Below, piece by piece: positions 27,153-42,600 of a stretch of 64,000 nt of DNA. This DNA is from the human T2T-CHM13v2.0 reference genome, Homo sapiens. Numbering within the stretch: the first letter of the stretch is position 1; each line of letters starts with the position of its first letter. The stretch lies in the NCBI RefSeq assembly GCF_009914755.1, contig NC_060926.1. One strand, 5' to 3'. The notes beneath the pieces were generated by a model. It did not search any database, was not told the DNA's origin, and saw only the letters and a program-made list of their open reading frames with translations. The position numbers and the translations under genes are program-made.

Positions 27153-27602
27153 TGCATTAGTCAGGATTCTCCAGAGAAACAACCAATAGGATATGAATAG
27201 ATATAGAAGAGGAGATTTATTATGACTAACTATTATATAGGAGGCCAAAATGTCCCCTGATAGGCTTAAGAACTAGGAACACAGGGGAAGCCTAAGGCTG
27301 GGGGCAACTGAAAAGCAGGAGCTCCAATGTCCAAGGGCAGAGAAGATAGATGTCCCAGCTTGAGAAGAGAGAGAGAATTCACCCTTTTTCCACCTTTATG
27401 TTCTGTATGGACCCTCAGCATATTGGAAGCTGCCCTAATGCTTGTGCACACTGGTAAAGGTAGTTCTTCTTTACTCAGACTACCGATTCAAATGCTAATC
27501 TATTCCGGAACACCGTCACAGAGACAAGTAGGAATAACATTTTGCCAGCTACCTAGGCATCCCTTAACTCAGTTAAGTTGACATATAAAATTAACCATCA
27601 CA
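27153..27602 (-). mobile_element. MLT2-family LTR (3' LTR of HERV-L)
   Basis: TGCATTAGTCAGGATTCTCCAGAGAAAC ... GATTCAAATGCTAATCT ... AAGTTGACATATAAAATTAACCATCACA; PPT-like sequence abuts the LTR. Confidence 0.85.
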
Positions 27603-28340
27603 AATCTACCGCTTGTCAGCATGGTACTCACAAACACTTCTTTTTAAATCATACTTTATCTCTAAATAAAAATAATAGAAATTTATAATTCCATCTAACA
27701 TGATACAACCATCCGCCATACGATTGAAAATGTACTAATTCCTTCCCCAAAAAAGAAGGTGAAATCTTTGTCTGATCTTTTCTCTTGATACACCATAACT
27801 TCAATATTATGATGTGAAATTAACAATGCTTAAATATTTATATAAAGTCAAAACATATTATGTGATAAGGGAATAAGAGAGGAAATAAATTGAAGAGATT
27901 TGCTTAATATATGTACGTGTGTGTGTGTGTGTATAAATTCATAACTAATAAGAAAGAAATACTCATGTCAGTGACAGTCCTCCTTTCTGTAAATGGCCAT
28001 GGCTGGTATTTATAGCTACCTTCTTCTACTATGCATTCTGTTCCCTTTGCCTTCAGCAAGCACCTTAACCTGTCATGCATTTTTATGTGGTAGGTTGACC
28101 CAAATCTTTATGCCTGAAGGGTCTGGGCTATTCGTACTTCTGTCTGGAATGTGTTGTAGTCTTCAATTCACTTTAATCACAGGGCATGGTAATACTAAAC
28201 TAAGAAATCTTCTATATTCCAGACATATTCTTTCTTACCCTGACTGTGGATGAGTGCTACAATTTGCCCTGGTTAGTCTGGATCAATCAGCCCAGCCAAC
28301 ACTGTAACTCCCTTCTCAGTCTATTCACTCATAGGCACAT
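27603..28340 (-). mobile_element. HERV-L internal 3' remnant with degenerate dUTPase
   Basis: Contiguous with the MLT2 LTR; minus-strand translation of 28261-28320 gives TEKGVTVLAGLIDPD*, i.e. dUTPase motif III (G-x-IDxDY) disrupted. Confidence 0.75.
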
Positions 28341-28543
28341 TTAACCCTTTAGAGTAGTGGGTGAGATGATTCTAATTTGATCTAACTAACTTTGCAATAA
28401 AGCAGAGATGGGTGCTCCAGTTTTCCTGAAAAGGTAGTTTTGCATTTGAGTCTAATTTACAATAAGCGGGATGATGCCCAGGAAGAAATACTACCTGGAT
28501 GGTTTCCAAAAATGTTCTATATGAGGGGATTGTGAGTGAGAAG

Positions 28544-29327
<784 letters not shown>

Positions 29328-31443
29328 AAAAAGTTTCACATCACTTCATTCCAAAGCCTAAGCCTTGCTCTACTGCACTTCAATATTTTCCTCATTGGTG
29401 CTGTATTCTAGTTGTTATTATATCATAGAAAGAAAAAAAGTTTTTGAAAAATTAGAGGACAAACTCATTAAATGGAAGAATTGTAACAAGAAAGAAAGGA
29501 GAGATAGTAACAAAGTTTTGCTGAAATATACCTCCTCCCTATTCCGTGCCGTCAATTGTAGCATCCCGCTCTGTTGAATGTCTTCCTTTGAAAGCTTCTC
29601 TAAGTTTTTACTTTGAAATATAGATTTGGTTACCCATTCAGAAATTGCCATCTCACATGTTTAATCAAGACCTTGTCTGTCATTGTTGCCCACTACAAAG
29701 TTTTATTTAACCCTGGAGTGAATTTACTGTTCTACTCCTGCTGTGGGCCCCGTGAGGTGGTGTGTGGACCTGAGATGAAAACCACTTGATGTATGGTTGG
29801 AGGGTAATAGACTTCTCTCACCCAGACTGATAAGTCATTACAGGCCCTTACATCCAATAAATCTGAGCTGATTCCCAGCTTGCACTTAGTGTGGCGGAGG
29901 GGAGAGAGGACTGAGGGAGGACAGAGTCTTTTCTAAAATGCTGTTCAACGTTGTACAGAGTACTTGGTAACAGATGAGCTCATCGGCAGGGGTTGGAGAA
30001 TGGTTGTTGAAGTGGTGGCACATTTGGTGGCAAAGGTGGTACCACATGTAATGTCTGCTGCAGACATAACAGAGGAATTCTCGGATTTGGGGAAAACTTG
30101 CAAATGAAAATAGTAAAGTTTATCTCCTGCAGAGTTATTGGAAGAGAACAAGAGGGAGGCACTAAGACTCAGATTAAGAGGAGAAAATGTTCCAAATGCT
30201 TTGGCAAGGGGATCTTACATATTGGCAGATTTTGACCCTTTTCAGAGTCATGCAATGCTTCTTAAGCTGGAGTCTATAGATAGACACTGAGAGCTCCACA
30301 AATTCTCAATTAGAGAAACACTGGCTTTAAAAATAGTGTCAACTCTTAGCCTGATATCTCAATGTCTCCCAAATCTAGCTCCATCTGCCCCTCTTAGTCT
30401 ACTTTTCTCGCCTCCAGTTTTCCAATTTGGGCTACTCAGCATTCCACAAGACATCTCATATTTGGTACTTTGCACAGATCATATTCCTGCTTTAAAATGT
30501 CACCTACCTTTTCTCCTCTTTTCCCTCCCCCACCCCCAGTATGTCCGCTGCCAAAAGTTCCAAGCCCTGCTCTGGTTCTGCCAGTTTCTTGGTGCTCAAC
30601 TCTCTCTCCTGATTTCTGTAGCACTTAAGCTTGGAAAAGGGCCTTCTGGGGTACCCCACTGCTCCGTATCACTTTTATTTTCTATTTGTTTAATGTTTAA
30701 GATTTTGTCTCTGTTTCTCCTGTCACATATTTCTCAAAAACTGCATGCTTACTGTAAATACATAGAGTAACTTCATTTCCATTTTTGGAAGTTGAAAAGC
30801 CCTGCCACTAAGACAGGGCTCTGGGGAGCTTGCCCTCCACCCATCCACTATTCCAATACCATTCAAGGTGCAGTGCTGGTCCTGTCCCACCTATTCCAAC
30901 TAAAACCACATGTCATCAGTGAATTATTGTGGGCAATGCAAAAAGGGAAGGTGGAGCAGAGCAGCGATGGTGAAGAGAGAGAATCTGTAAGAAAATAGGG
31001 AGGGTCAAGGGCCACTGAGAAACCTGTGATGGTAGGTAACAGAGAAAGACTTCCAAGCAGGAAAACGAGGGGAAAACGAGGGATGTTCCATTTGATATTA
31101 TTGTTTACATTGTTGCAAGTAGAACATCCCCCAACTCAGAGTCAAACCTTCTGTTAAGTCAGTATCACACATGTGATGTATGAGTCTATTTTCGTGCAGA
31201 AATTAAAGGAAAAAACTGGTTTTCATATTTGAATCAATCAAAGTGAAGCAATTATCGTGAGTAGAAGCCAGAAGCTTTCTACAAAAGTAAAGATGAAATA
31301 GTAAGCACTGAAAATATTTGGAGAAATGTGGGTTTGTGGCATAAGGTTGCAGCCAGTCTTCTCTACATCTCATGGGGAAAGGAGATGCCGGGTGGCATTT
31401 TAAGGAGTTCAAAGGATTTGGGGACTAATCAAAGAAAAAAATA

Positions 31444-31462
31444 TGACCACAAGGTGGCAGTG
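31444..31462 (+). promoter_or_regulatory. CTCF core motif
   Basis: TGACCACAAGGTGGCAGTG versus consensus TGGCCACCAGGGGGCGCTA, with commonly tolerated substitutions. Confidence 0.55.
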
Positions 31463-31926
31463 GTACACACAGGCTGTGTTAGGCACTTTGACAGGTTTGC
31501 AGGCAGAGAGGTTCCTTGCTGTGGAAGTCTGTCCTGAGGGTAAGCGCAGAGGTCCCAGTTCAGAAAGGAAAAAGGGCAGAGATCATCAGAGATTGTGTAT
31601 CTAGGTGATGTCACTGGGCAGCACAGCAGGGGATCTCTGTGTCTGAGTGCTCAGAAGGGTAGCAGCAGCTTGAGATCTTTACACCCAGAGCTTATGTTAT
31701 CTGTGGCTACAGGTGTTGGGCACAGATTTGTGAAGTGTGCAAAGCAAGCAAACTCCAATTCACTGAAAATCTGCTTATTTGGGCAATATTTAAGATAATT
31801 AGATGTGTAAAAATTTGAGATTGATGCCAGCAGGCTTTTGGGCTAATGGGTCTCAGCCTATGGTGAAGAAACACAGAACCCAAGTGCCAGTGTGCAGGCG
31901 CTCTCTGGTTTGTTCATAAAACAAAC

Positions 31927-31941
31927 CTCTCTCTCTCTCTG

Positions 31942-31983
<42 letters not shown>
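31927..31983. repeat. (CT)n(CA)n microsatellite
   Basis: About 20 CA units preceded by a CT run. Confidence 0.95.
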
Positions 31984-31985
<2 letters not shown>

Positions 31986-33509
31986 ATAGGATTGGGGTCA
32001 TATCACATATGTTGTTTTATAACATTTGCAATAATATCTTAATCATTTTTCAATGTCATTACAGATTCTTCTGAAACATTCTTTTTTAATGGCTGCATAT
32101 TGTTCCATCATGAGCTTCTCTCATGATTAACTAATCCTCTATTTCTGATATTTTCTAACAGATAGTCCAGTATTTCTAATATTGACCTACGGGTATGTAG
32201 TGATGGAGTCTGGGGCTTTTTGCTTCCAAACCTGTTTTGGATTCTTGGCTTTACTAAGCAACTGTTTAGCTGGGGAATCACCAAATGATTTTTGAAAATA
32301 ATGTTAGGAAAAAGACATTTCATTCAAATTCTAAAATATTTAATTATGGCTTGATTTATTTAGTATTTATTTATTTAGCAACATGATGTATGGCCTAAGC
32401 TTATAGATTGGTTTTAGTCAAAAAACAACTGTGCTCATCAAATAAGCCCATTATGCAAAGCACACTCCATCATATTGGGTCCCTGAAGAATCCTAGTTTT
32501 GAGGTAAAGAACAGACCCCCATCTGGCTACATGTTACCCATCTGCAACAAATCACCGTGACACAAAACATTTAAAGAGGCAGTAGTTGTATTAGGAATGG
32601 CATTTCCCCATTTTGAAAGATGTAAGTAAAAACACTGTTTAACATCTGAAGTTCATTTGCAAGAAGAGTAGATGAGCTAGAGAAGGTGGCAGAATGACAG
32701 TGTGACTCCCACTTTCTTCATTGTGTGTCTGTATGCGTGTGTGGGGTGAAATAGAGGGCTTATACATGGCAAGATATGCTGCAGGAACAACACCTGATCA
32801 AACAACCTGAGTCCTGTACTCTCAATGCAGTTGCAGTGGTGATTCTCAGAGCTCTTCCCCCTCAGTGACCATTTGTGTATTAGACGCTGCTTAAACCTAA
32901 GGGGAAATAAGGAGCAAGAGAACAAGATGAGGTTCAAATGGTCTATGCCAGACAACTTACAAAACACATTTCTCTACATAATTCAGTGGAATCACCCCAA
33001 ATAATACTGCAAATTGTATGTCTCCAATGTTCAGATTAGATTAGGTTACTAAGCCTTACAAATATCTTAGTGACTTTCTCAAGATCCTGGCTGAACCCTA
33101 TTTGAACTTAGATCTGAAACTTCAAAATCTGTGCTACTTCTAAAAGATTATACAGACAATTTGTCAATTAGGGAAGTCCGTTAAAACTACTGTGTACATG
33201 AACATTTGACCTTGATTCGTTTCTATTAGGTCTGTCCATATCCCTTCCCTTACTGTTTTTTTTCTTTTTGTTGTTGTTCTTGTTTCTCCTTTGGTGTTTG
33301 CACTTCTATCCCTGTGTGATGGGAAGCCCCTTCATTCTGCCTTTTGTCTGTCCTGGGAAGGTCATCAGATAGGTATTGGAACTTGAAATATTTCAGCTTT
33401 TTCTTCTATCATCCATATCAAGATACCTGTATCCCATATTCCTAAGCCATCCATCCTGTACCATCTAAGATGTTAGGGCAAAGTGGCTTTTGATATACAC
33501 TCTATCTCA

Positions 33510-33746
33510 GCACAGAACACAGTGGTCAAGAGGAGTTAGCTGTACCTGAATTCTACTCTGGGCTCTCCAACTTACTAGCCATTTCACTCTTGGCAGTTCA
33601 ATTCTCTCTTAGTGTCTCATTTTCCTCCATTGCAAAATAAGGTGATAATAGCGTCTACCTCCTAGGGCTGTGTAAGGGTTAAATGATGCACTGTGTATAA
33701 CTTGCTTAGGAAAATGCATAGCACATAGTCATCAAAAAATAACTGT
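33510..33746 (+). mobile_element. MIR
   Basis: ACAGTGGTCAAGAG...GTGTCTCATTTTCCTCCATTGCAAAATAAGGTGATAATAG...AGGGTTAAATGA...GCACATAGT. Confidence 0.8.
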
Positions 33747-34012
33747 TATAAAAATAATATTTATACATGTATAAATATTATAAAATAATATTTATACATG
33801 TATAAATATAAATATTTATACATGTATAAATATTATAAAAATAATATTTATACATGTATAAATATTATAAAAATAATATTTATACTTGTATAAATATTAT
33901 AAAAATAATATTTATACTTGTATAAATATTATAAAAATAATATTTATACTTGTATAAATATTATAAAATAATATTTATACATGTATAAATATTATAAAAA
34001 TAATATTTATAA
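33747..34012. repeat. AT-rich palindromic minisatellite, about 8.5 units of 31-32 bp
   Basis: Unit TATAAAA(A)TAATATTTATAC(A/T)TGTATAAATAT; the third unit is shortened. Confidence 0.95.
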
Positions 34013-34458
34013 ATTAATTATTTTTATTATATGCTGAAACCACCTGTGTCTTAGGCCATCACTCTAATAGACTTCATTGACTATGAAATGCTTACTCATC
34101 ACTAGTTACAAGCATGTGTACCGAATGGCTGGAGACAATGAGGAAAGGAGTGCTAGGTAGTTTAAGGACTTTACCTTCTGCCAGCTAAGGACCTACTTTG
34201 GAACCATAAGAAATAAATACAACTTTTTTTGCTGTTTTCTTACTGTATCTGGCTCCCTGATAAGAACTTATCAAGCCCTCTTTTCAAAAAGCCTCAATGC
34301 CACAAAGTCCTCCCCACCTTCTCAAAAAGGAAATCTACAAGTATTCATTGAAGGCCTCTTCGGTGTTTAGCCTTGTGCCGGGTCTAGGGAATGGAGGTGG
34401 GCTTCTAAGATGGCATAGGTTTTGGGTTTCTCAACTTACCTACAGACTTTTTGCATCA

Positions 34459-34845
<387 letters not shown>

Positions 34846-35020
34846 TGACTTGGGTCCTGTTCATACTGCATCTTGCTAAATAATTTTATAAGCCTTATAA
34901 CCAAGTAGACATTCTCTCCCTAATGCAAATATATAGCCCCTCTATGTTCTAGAACTCACAACAAGAAAACAGAGTTGCTAAAAGATAAATAGGAGATGCT
35001 TTAAAAAGTTAGAGACCCAC

Positions 35021-36160
<1,140 letters not shown>

Positions 36161-36289
36161 TATATGAAATATATTAAAACAAGACTAGCAATTCAGAAAA
36201 TAAAAGGTAGGGAAAGATTCCACTTGTCCTACAGTAAAGATATCCAGAAACATGTGAATCTATCCGGTGTTTATTTGACGCATTTAGTT

Positions 36290-36850
36290 TTGCTCTTAGT
36301 CATTTTTTCAACCATTTATTAAACTGACTAGATGCTAAGTCCAGTGTTAGGTGCATAACATACAGAGATCAAAGGTGACTTTGTAACCACAGAACGTTTG
36401 CAGTTTTGGCAAGCTGACGAGCTTGAAAATGGTTGCAGAACCATTTTCTGTTGAAAACGCAGAACTTCAACAGGAAGTGCAGGGGACCATGGGTGTGCGG
36501 GAGAGGGGCATTTAACTGGGAGGACCAGTGAAGGTTCCTGGAGGAGGTGAAGTTTGATTTGAGTACTAGATAGAGAAGGGGATGTGGATGCTCCAGGAAG
36601 AGGAAATAGCTCCTGCAAAGCCATGGTGGGTGTGGTGACCAGCGAGGAGCAGAAAAGTGGACATGGGTCATGTGATTAAGCATTTCAAGAGGATGGTATG
36701 TATCCATTCAGCTTTAGAACAGCCCCGCGGGCATCTGTATGGTGTATGGGTTGCAGATGTCGCTATGATCAGAGGCTGGGTAGCAAACCACTAACGTAAT
36801 CTAGTAGTGGTGGTAAGAATGAAAAAATAGGACATTTGAGGCCTGGCCTC
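36290..36850 (-). mobile_element. L2 fragment
   Basis: CAACCATTTATTAAACTGACTA...GTGTTAGGTGC; GGTTCCTGGAGGAGGTGAAGTTTGA. Confidence 0.6.
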
Positions 36851-37720
36851 TTCTGGCTCTTTGTGAAATCTAACAAACATCTTCCAGCTCCATCTGGTGC
36901 TGCTTTTTTGTTTTGTTTTGTTTTGCTTTGCTTTGTGTGTATTTGTTTGTTTCATTTTGCCAGGGGCATTTGGTGCTCAGCCCTTACCCCCTATGTTTTG
37001 TGAAGCATATCTTATTCTCCAGGCATGTCTTATTCTCCCTCCCTTTTATCTTGTCCTGAACACAGGCTAGGGGGATGACATGGTTTCCTTTTAGGTTTTA
37101 GAAGAAACAGGAGTCTTATTTGATTCCTCCTTTGAAAGAACTGCTGCCATGGGTGATTTCCTCATTGATGCAAAGAAACTATGCTTTGCCCTACCTTTGA
37201 GAGCATTTACAATAGAAAGTCTACTTACTCTTCCAGTGAACTGATATATACTTAGTCTCTGCCCTGTGTCTGGGACGCTGTGAGATGCTGGTGAATTTGC
37301 TAGCTGGCGTGATGGATTGTCCCCTTACTTCTCTGCTTTCACTCCCCAACAGATGATTATTGTTCTCCTGTGCAAAGGACTGTGAGGACACTTTGAAATA
37401 AAAAGGTAGTTTCTGCCCTCACCTGACATATAATATTAAAGGGAAGACAATATGGCTGCCTGATAAAGCAAAATGGGAAAAGCAATATAAAAGAGGTAGA
37501 AGGAGGTAGGTGGAGTGTTACAAGTGAAGAAGAAAGCTCACCCAGGCAGTAGTGACCACATTGGCCTGGCTGCCCCTGCAGAGAAAAGATTTCATAAATA
37601 CCATGGGAGCTCCTACTAAGCACTGTAATTTCTGTTATGTGCTGGGAATACCAAGAAGAAAGAGAGATAGCCCTGCCTCTAGGAGCTCCAGGACACAGAT
37701 TAGTCTTATCAAATGAGTCC

Positions 37721-38141
<421 letters not shown>

Positions 38142-38389
38142 TTATTATTGCTTTATTGCCTAAAGTTTAAGATGATCCATCTGCGTTGTAGAATCAGGAT
38201 TTGATTAAAATAATGATTTGAGCCTTGCACGTCAATGGGCCTTTAGAAGTTCACTGCTCCAGGTTGGTCTGAAGGTTCAAGTGTGGCGGAGACTGGTTCC
38301 CCCAGTGTCCTCCAGGCTGCCTCTTTGAAGTGTGGGGGCATGGCAGCATTGTAAAGTGTGGCTGGTACAAACCAAATAAACCTTAAGTT

Positions 38390-38802
38390 TAATTTGGAGT
38401 GGGAAGAACAGAATCATTAAAACAATCTTGAAAAAGGAAGACAAAGTTGGATACTTACCCTACCTGACTTTAAGACTTACAGTGAAGCTGCCATACTCAA
38501 GACACTGTGGTACTGGCGAAAGGAGACACAAATGGATCAATGGAAAAAAATGGAAAGCCAAGAAATAGACCCACACATACATGGTCAAATGATTTCGACA
38601 AGGACACCTCGACAATTCGATAGGGAAACAGCCTTGACCTGTACTTTACTAAATGTACAAAAATCAATTCACGGTAGATTGTAGAGCTAAGTGTAACAGC
38701 CAGAGCTACAAAGCTAGTAAAAGAAACATGGGAGAATAGCTTTGTGACATTGGGATAGGCAAAGATTTCTTAGGGATAATCCAGAAAGTATGATCCATAA
38801 AG
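38390..38802 (+). mobile_element. Old L1M ORF2 fragment
   Basis: AAAACAATCTTGAAAAAG, CCTGACTTTAAGACTTAC, GTGGTACTGGC, AGAAATAGACCCACACATACATGGTCAA, GGCAAAGATTTCTTAG. Confidence 0.8.
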
Positions 38803-39089
38803 TGTGGTTGAGACTTCCCTGTTTAGAGAGAACTGTGTTGCGAGCCTGTGTACACATATTTTATTTGGAGACCTGATTCATTGATTCATCCTGGATCTTT
38901 CCTATTTGTAGCACATCAAATTCATATGCACAGTCCCCAGTGACCTTTGTTTTAAAAGCTTTTAAAAGCAAGAACTAAATTTCAACACTGAAGACAAGTC
39001 AGACACAAACCTCCATGTATTTTAAAGTCTAGTCTCTAGTATATATCAAGCTGTATTATAATTAAAATCTCCAAAATCAGGACACAGCA

Positions 39090-39147
39090 GTCTAGTTGTG
39101 AAATAAACTGTCAGAAAGAAACCACTCACAGGCGCACACATTCTCCC

Positions 39148-39178
<31 letters not shown>

Positions 39179-39690
39179 ATGCTTGCCGTGTTGCAGATAC
39201 ATGGGACATACTTTATACGTGTGGAACCAGTTATAGAAATGCCGTTTGAGGAGGGAAGCAAGGAAGCAATAAAAACAGTACATTAATATTTTAAATGTTG
39301 GTTAAAAAAAAAAAAAGCGTGGTCGGGTGAGGAGCAAATGCTTAAAGAACTTCCCCTTAATAAAAACAACATTCTTGGTTATGTGACCCACAGCAAATCG
39401 GCTTCAGCTGCGTTTTTATTTAGCAATTTGTGTTTGGTGTTTTCGCTTAGAGATGCTCCCCTATTCCATTTTATAGCAGGCTTTACATAAATTTCGAGGA
39501 GGATTGGGGTATAAAACTGTCAATTCCCAGCAGCTCATAAACTAATGAATTTAAATTTTAAATGGGGGATTTTAAAACATGGGGGGGCTGTTTTCGTTAT
39601 CTGATGGTATGTATCTCCAACAATAAGTGGCAATCTATAAACGCTGGGGTGGCTCCCTTCAGAAACATGTGATAAGAAAAGTCTCTGTCT
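39090..39690. promoter_or_regulatory. Candidate developmental enhancer (MEIS-HOX/CDX motif cluster)
   Basis: Repeat-free; about 12 retained CpGs; two TGACAG-TTT(T)AT composites on the minus strand (39103-39113, 39511-39522); about 10 TTTAT/ATAAA cores. Confidence 0.5.
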
Positions 39691-42600
39691 CTCTCTCCCT
39701 CCCTCCCTCCCTCCCTCCCTTTCTGTCTCTCACTTTGTTCTTTTCCTGTAAAATCTCAAACTCCAATGAACTTCAGCTTTGCAAAAGACATGATATAAGT
39801 TGCTTTAAAAAATTGATTTGGCCTGGAGAAACTTTATTTTCCCTCATAAAGCTCTTTCTTGCTTACCTTTATTGTTTAATTTCACTTTCTTTTTTTCTCT
39901 ATTTTCCATCCAAGTTACTACTCCGCTAAGACAATCTCTCTCTCTCTCTCTCTTGCTCTCTTTCTCTATTTCTGTGTGTGTCTGTGTTTCTCTCTCTCTC
40001 TATCTCCTCTCTCATCTTTGAAAACCAACAACATAGCCAAGTATCCTGTATAGAAGCACTTTTATTAGCTGAGGAAATAATTAATACCAAATCCATATTT
40101 GAAGATTGATTATTCTAGATTTTGGGACACTAAAGGATTGCAGCTAGATGCAGGAGACAAAGTATATGAAATTTCTATTTAGCCTTAAGTCTGGTTTTCT
40201 TTGAGTGCTGGGTGATTATATTAATATTGTGGTGTTGGAGGACCTAAGTGTAGGAATTAAAGGGTGTCTCTCCAGAGGGTTCCAATATCTGGTTGCTCTG
40301 AACGTTTGGTGAAATTTCCATTTCAAACCAAATGGAAATGCTTTTTGAGTCATATTTTGTCATCTGATGCTATTTTTTCTAGTTCAATAACTTTAGAGAA
40401 TTAATGGGATTTCTTTTTGTTTCAAATAGTTCACTATTTTTGGTGGTTTCGTTTATTTTGGTTTCTTGTTTTCCATTCTTTTAAAAAGTATTCTAAACAG
40501 ACTGAGGAGGGTCAGTATTGGCTTCTCTGATTTGGTATCCCCAGTACCTAGCAGAATGGGAGCATAACTTATGGTATGTACCTCATAATGTTTTGTTGAA
40601 TGAACAAATACATGAAACAGTACATTTCACCAAGGAATTTACAATCTAAGAAGAAAATTCAAAAGTTTTGCCAAAAAGATTTTTTGGCATCTATTTGCCT
40701 GAAGTCCAGTGCTTTTTACTTACAGGTTCTTGGGTAAACTCCAGGCAGGTGCATTTGGTCGGTGGGTGACTTCTGGATAAATGAGATGGTAATCTATTTG
40801 GATTAAGTTTGGGAGAGTTTTAAAATTCAAAATAAGTGGATGTATTTTATTAAAAACTATTTCTATCTCCAAACAGGAAGAAAAAATTGAGCATTAAAGT
40901 TATCTTTATTAGATGACCAGAATATGATGTCTCTGTGAGGGTCAAGTTGTTTTCTTTACTTCTTTATATGCTATAGCTTTAAATCACTTTTAAGCAATGG
41001 AGTTTCCACTGTGTCACCTGGGAGACAATTGGGTGTTGTAACCAGTATCTTAATTAGATCATTTACAGCACATTTGCATTACAGGGCTGTAATAGACTGT
41101 GCCCTGTGATTTCTTGCACTCAAAAGGTAACCTCCCATGCTCCATATTGAATTGTATTACAATTATTATTAGGTTGTCCCTATCTTATAAAAAAGCAGGG
41201 GTATAGCTTCTTGTTTCAGGAGGTGTTTTGATTTTTCCATCACTGAAAAAATATAAGGTTTTCAGTTACCTCCCTCCTTCTGTTCTCATGTGGGAAATAC
41301 CCCTGGAACCTGGACATTCAAGACATGGTTTGCCTTGATTCTCTGGACTCCATTATCATGAATAGACTGGGGCTGTGAAGTCATTGGCAGAATGACATTC
41401 AAAGTTTCAATCTGTATCAAACTGTCTCATCTTGCAAATAGCCACTGGGAATTTTAAAACTAGTTTCCTCAGTACTAGTTTTGAAATTCCCAAGCCAGAA
41501 TGGATCTAGACTGAAACATTTTGTTACGGGAACATTGTTTTAATCTACTAGGTTCTATTAACTGCTTCAGTAGGCTGCTTGGTTGCCACAGTAGCAAGCT
41601 GAGAAGAGATCTTCAAGACTCTGGGTCACAGAAGAGAGTTAGAACCATTAAAGTTTCTGTGTTTGCCTGCAGGGGTTAGGACCATGCAGAAGATGGGCAT
41701 GGGTATTCTACGCATCTCCAGTCAAATTGAACATATTGGCTTAATGTCTAGGGAATAAGGCAATGTCAGAGAAACATGAAAGAAGGAAGCATTCCTGTAT
41801 TCTCTTCATTTTCAATGAGGATGTTCTTGAAGAGTCATTTTTGAGAACTTTGTCAGAGTCACCAGCCTTGCTGGAATATTCTTACTTCAATATGTGTATA
41901 ATTCCATGTGGTATTATTTGAGTAAGGAACCTTGCTATTTCTTACTTCCTATATTATACCAGGCTTCTTTACCAAAGTCTACACTGTATTTTTTCATTGT
42001 GGGTTAAAGGCAATACATTTATGAATTTTTAATATTCCTGTCAAGATCTTACAAGAAGAAATTACTTTGTGAGGTATGTAGGGATGCTAACAGTAGGTTG
42101 GGAAGTGGATCATAATCTCAAAATAGTAAATGCTAGCTCGGTGGCTTTCCCACAGAGAGGTAATGTATCTTGATGAGACAAGAGCATTTGTAGAGGAGGG
42201 TTTATTTGCAGCTCTTCACCCACTGCCTTCCTCTGCACCAACCCAATCTCCTGGGCTCCCCTGGAATCACGTTCTCTAAGTACCTCCTTAGGTAGACCTG
42301 CATTACCAAGGACAAGTTAAAAGTCTCTTTCTTTGCCCTTAATCTGTTGTTTGTAATGGGATTTAGGAGCAACTCAGAAAGGAGTGACAGGAACTATTGA
42401 GAAGTTGACACAGGGAAATAGAAATGAAATCACAGAACAAGAAAGCAGGAAGGCACTCTAGTAATCATCTGGTAGAAATACCACCCAGTGCTGGAACTGT
42501 TTCTGTGACATTTCTGATAGATGTCCTCTGTTGGACATTTTCATTGACTCAGAGCACACACAATGCTTCTTACAGGCACTGCATTCTTTTGTTGTGGAGT

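Noticed and set aside
29945-30162. Pro/Thr-rich minus-strand ORFs
   Set aside because: Result of low-complexity GGT-rich sequence; no supporting splice or homology evidence
30336-30770. 144-aa Leu/Ser/Pro-rich ORF
   Set aside because: Overlaps pyrimidine-rich, probably L2-derived sequence; composition is typical of non-coding frames
33747-34012. Regularly spaced palindromic repeats resembling a CRISPR array
   Set aside because: No unique spacers, no cas genes, eukaryotic context; it is a tandem minisatellite
39152-39175. A24 tract as the tail of a processed pseudogene
   Set aside because: No TSD and no upstream coding or RNA-gene similarity recognised
40669-40689. Short stems here and near 9378, 23277, 46163 and 59757
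   Set aside because: Stems of 7-11 bp, partly homopolymeric, are expected by chance in 64 kb
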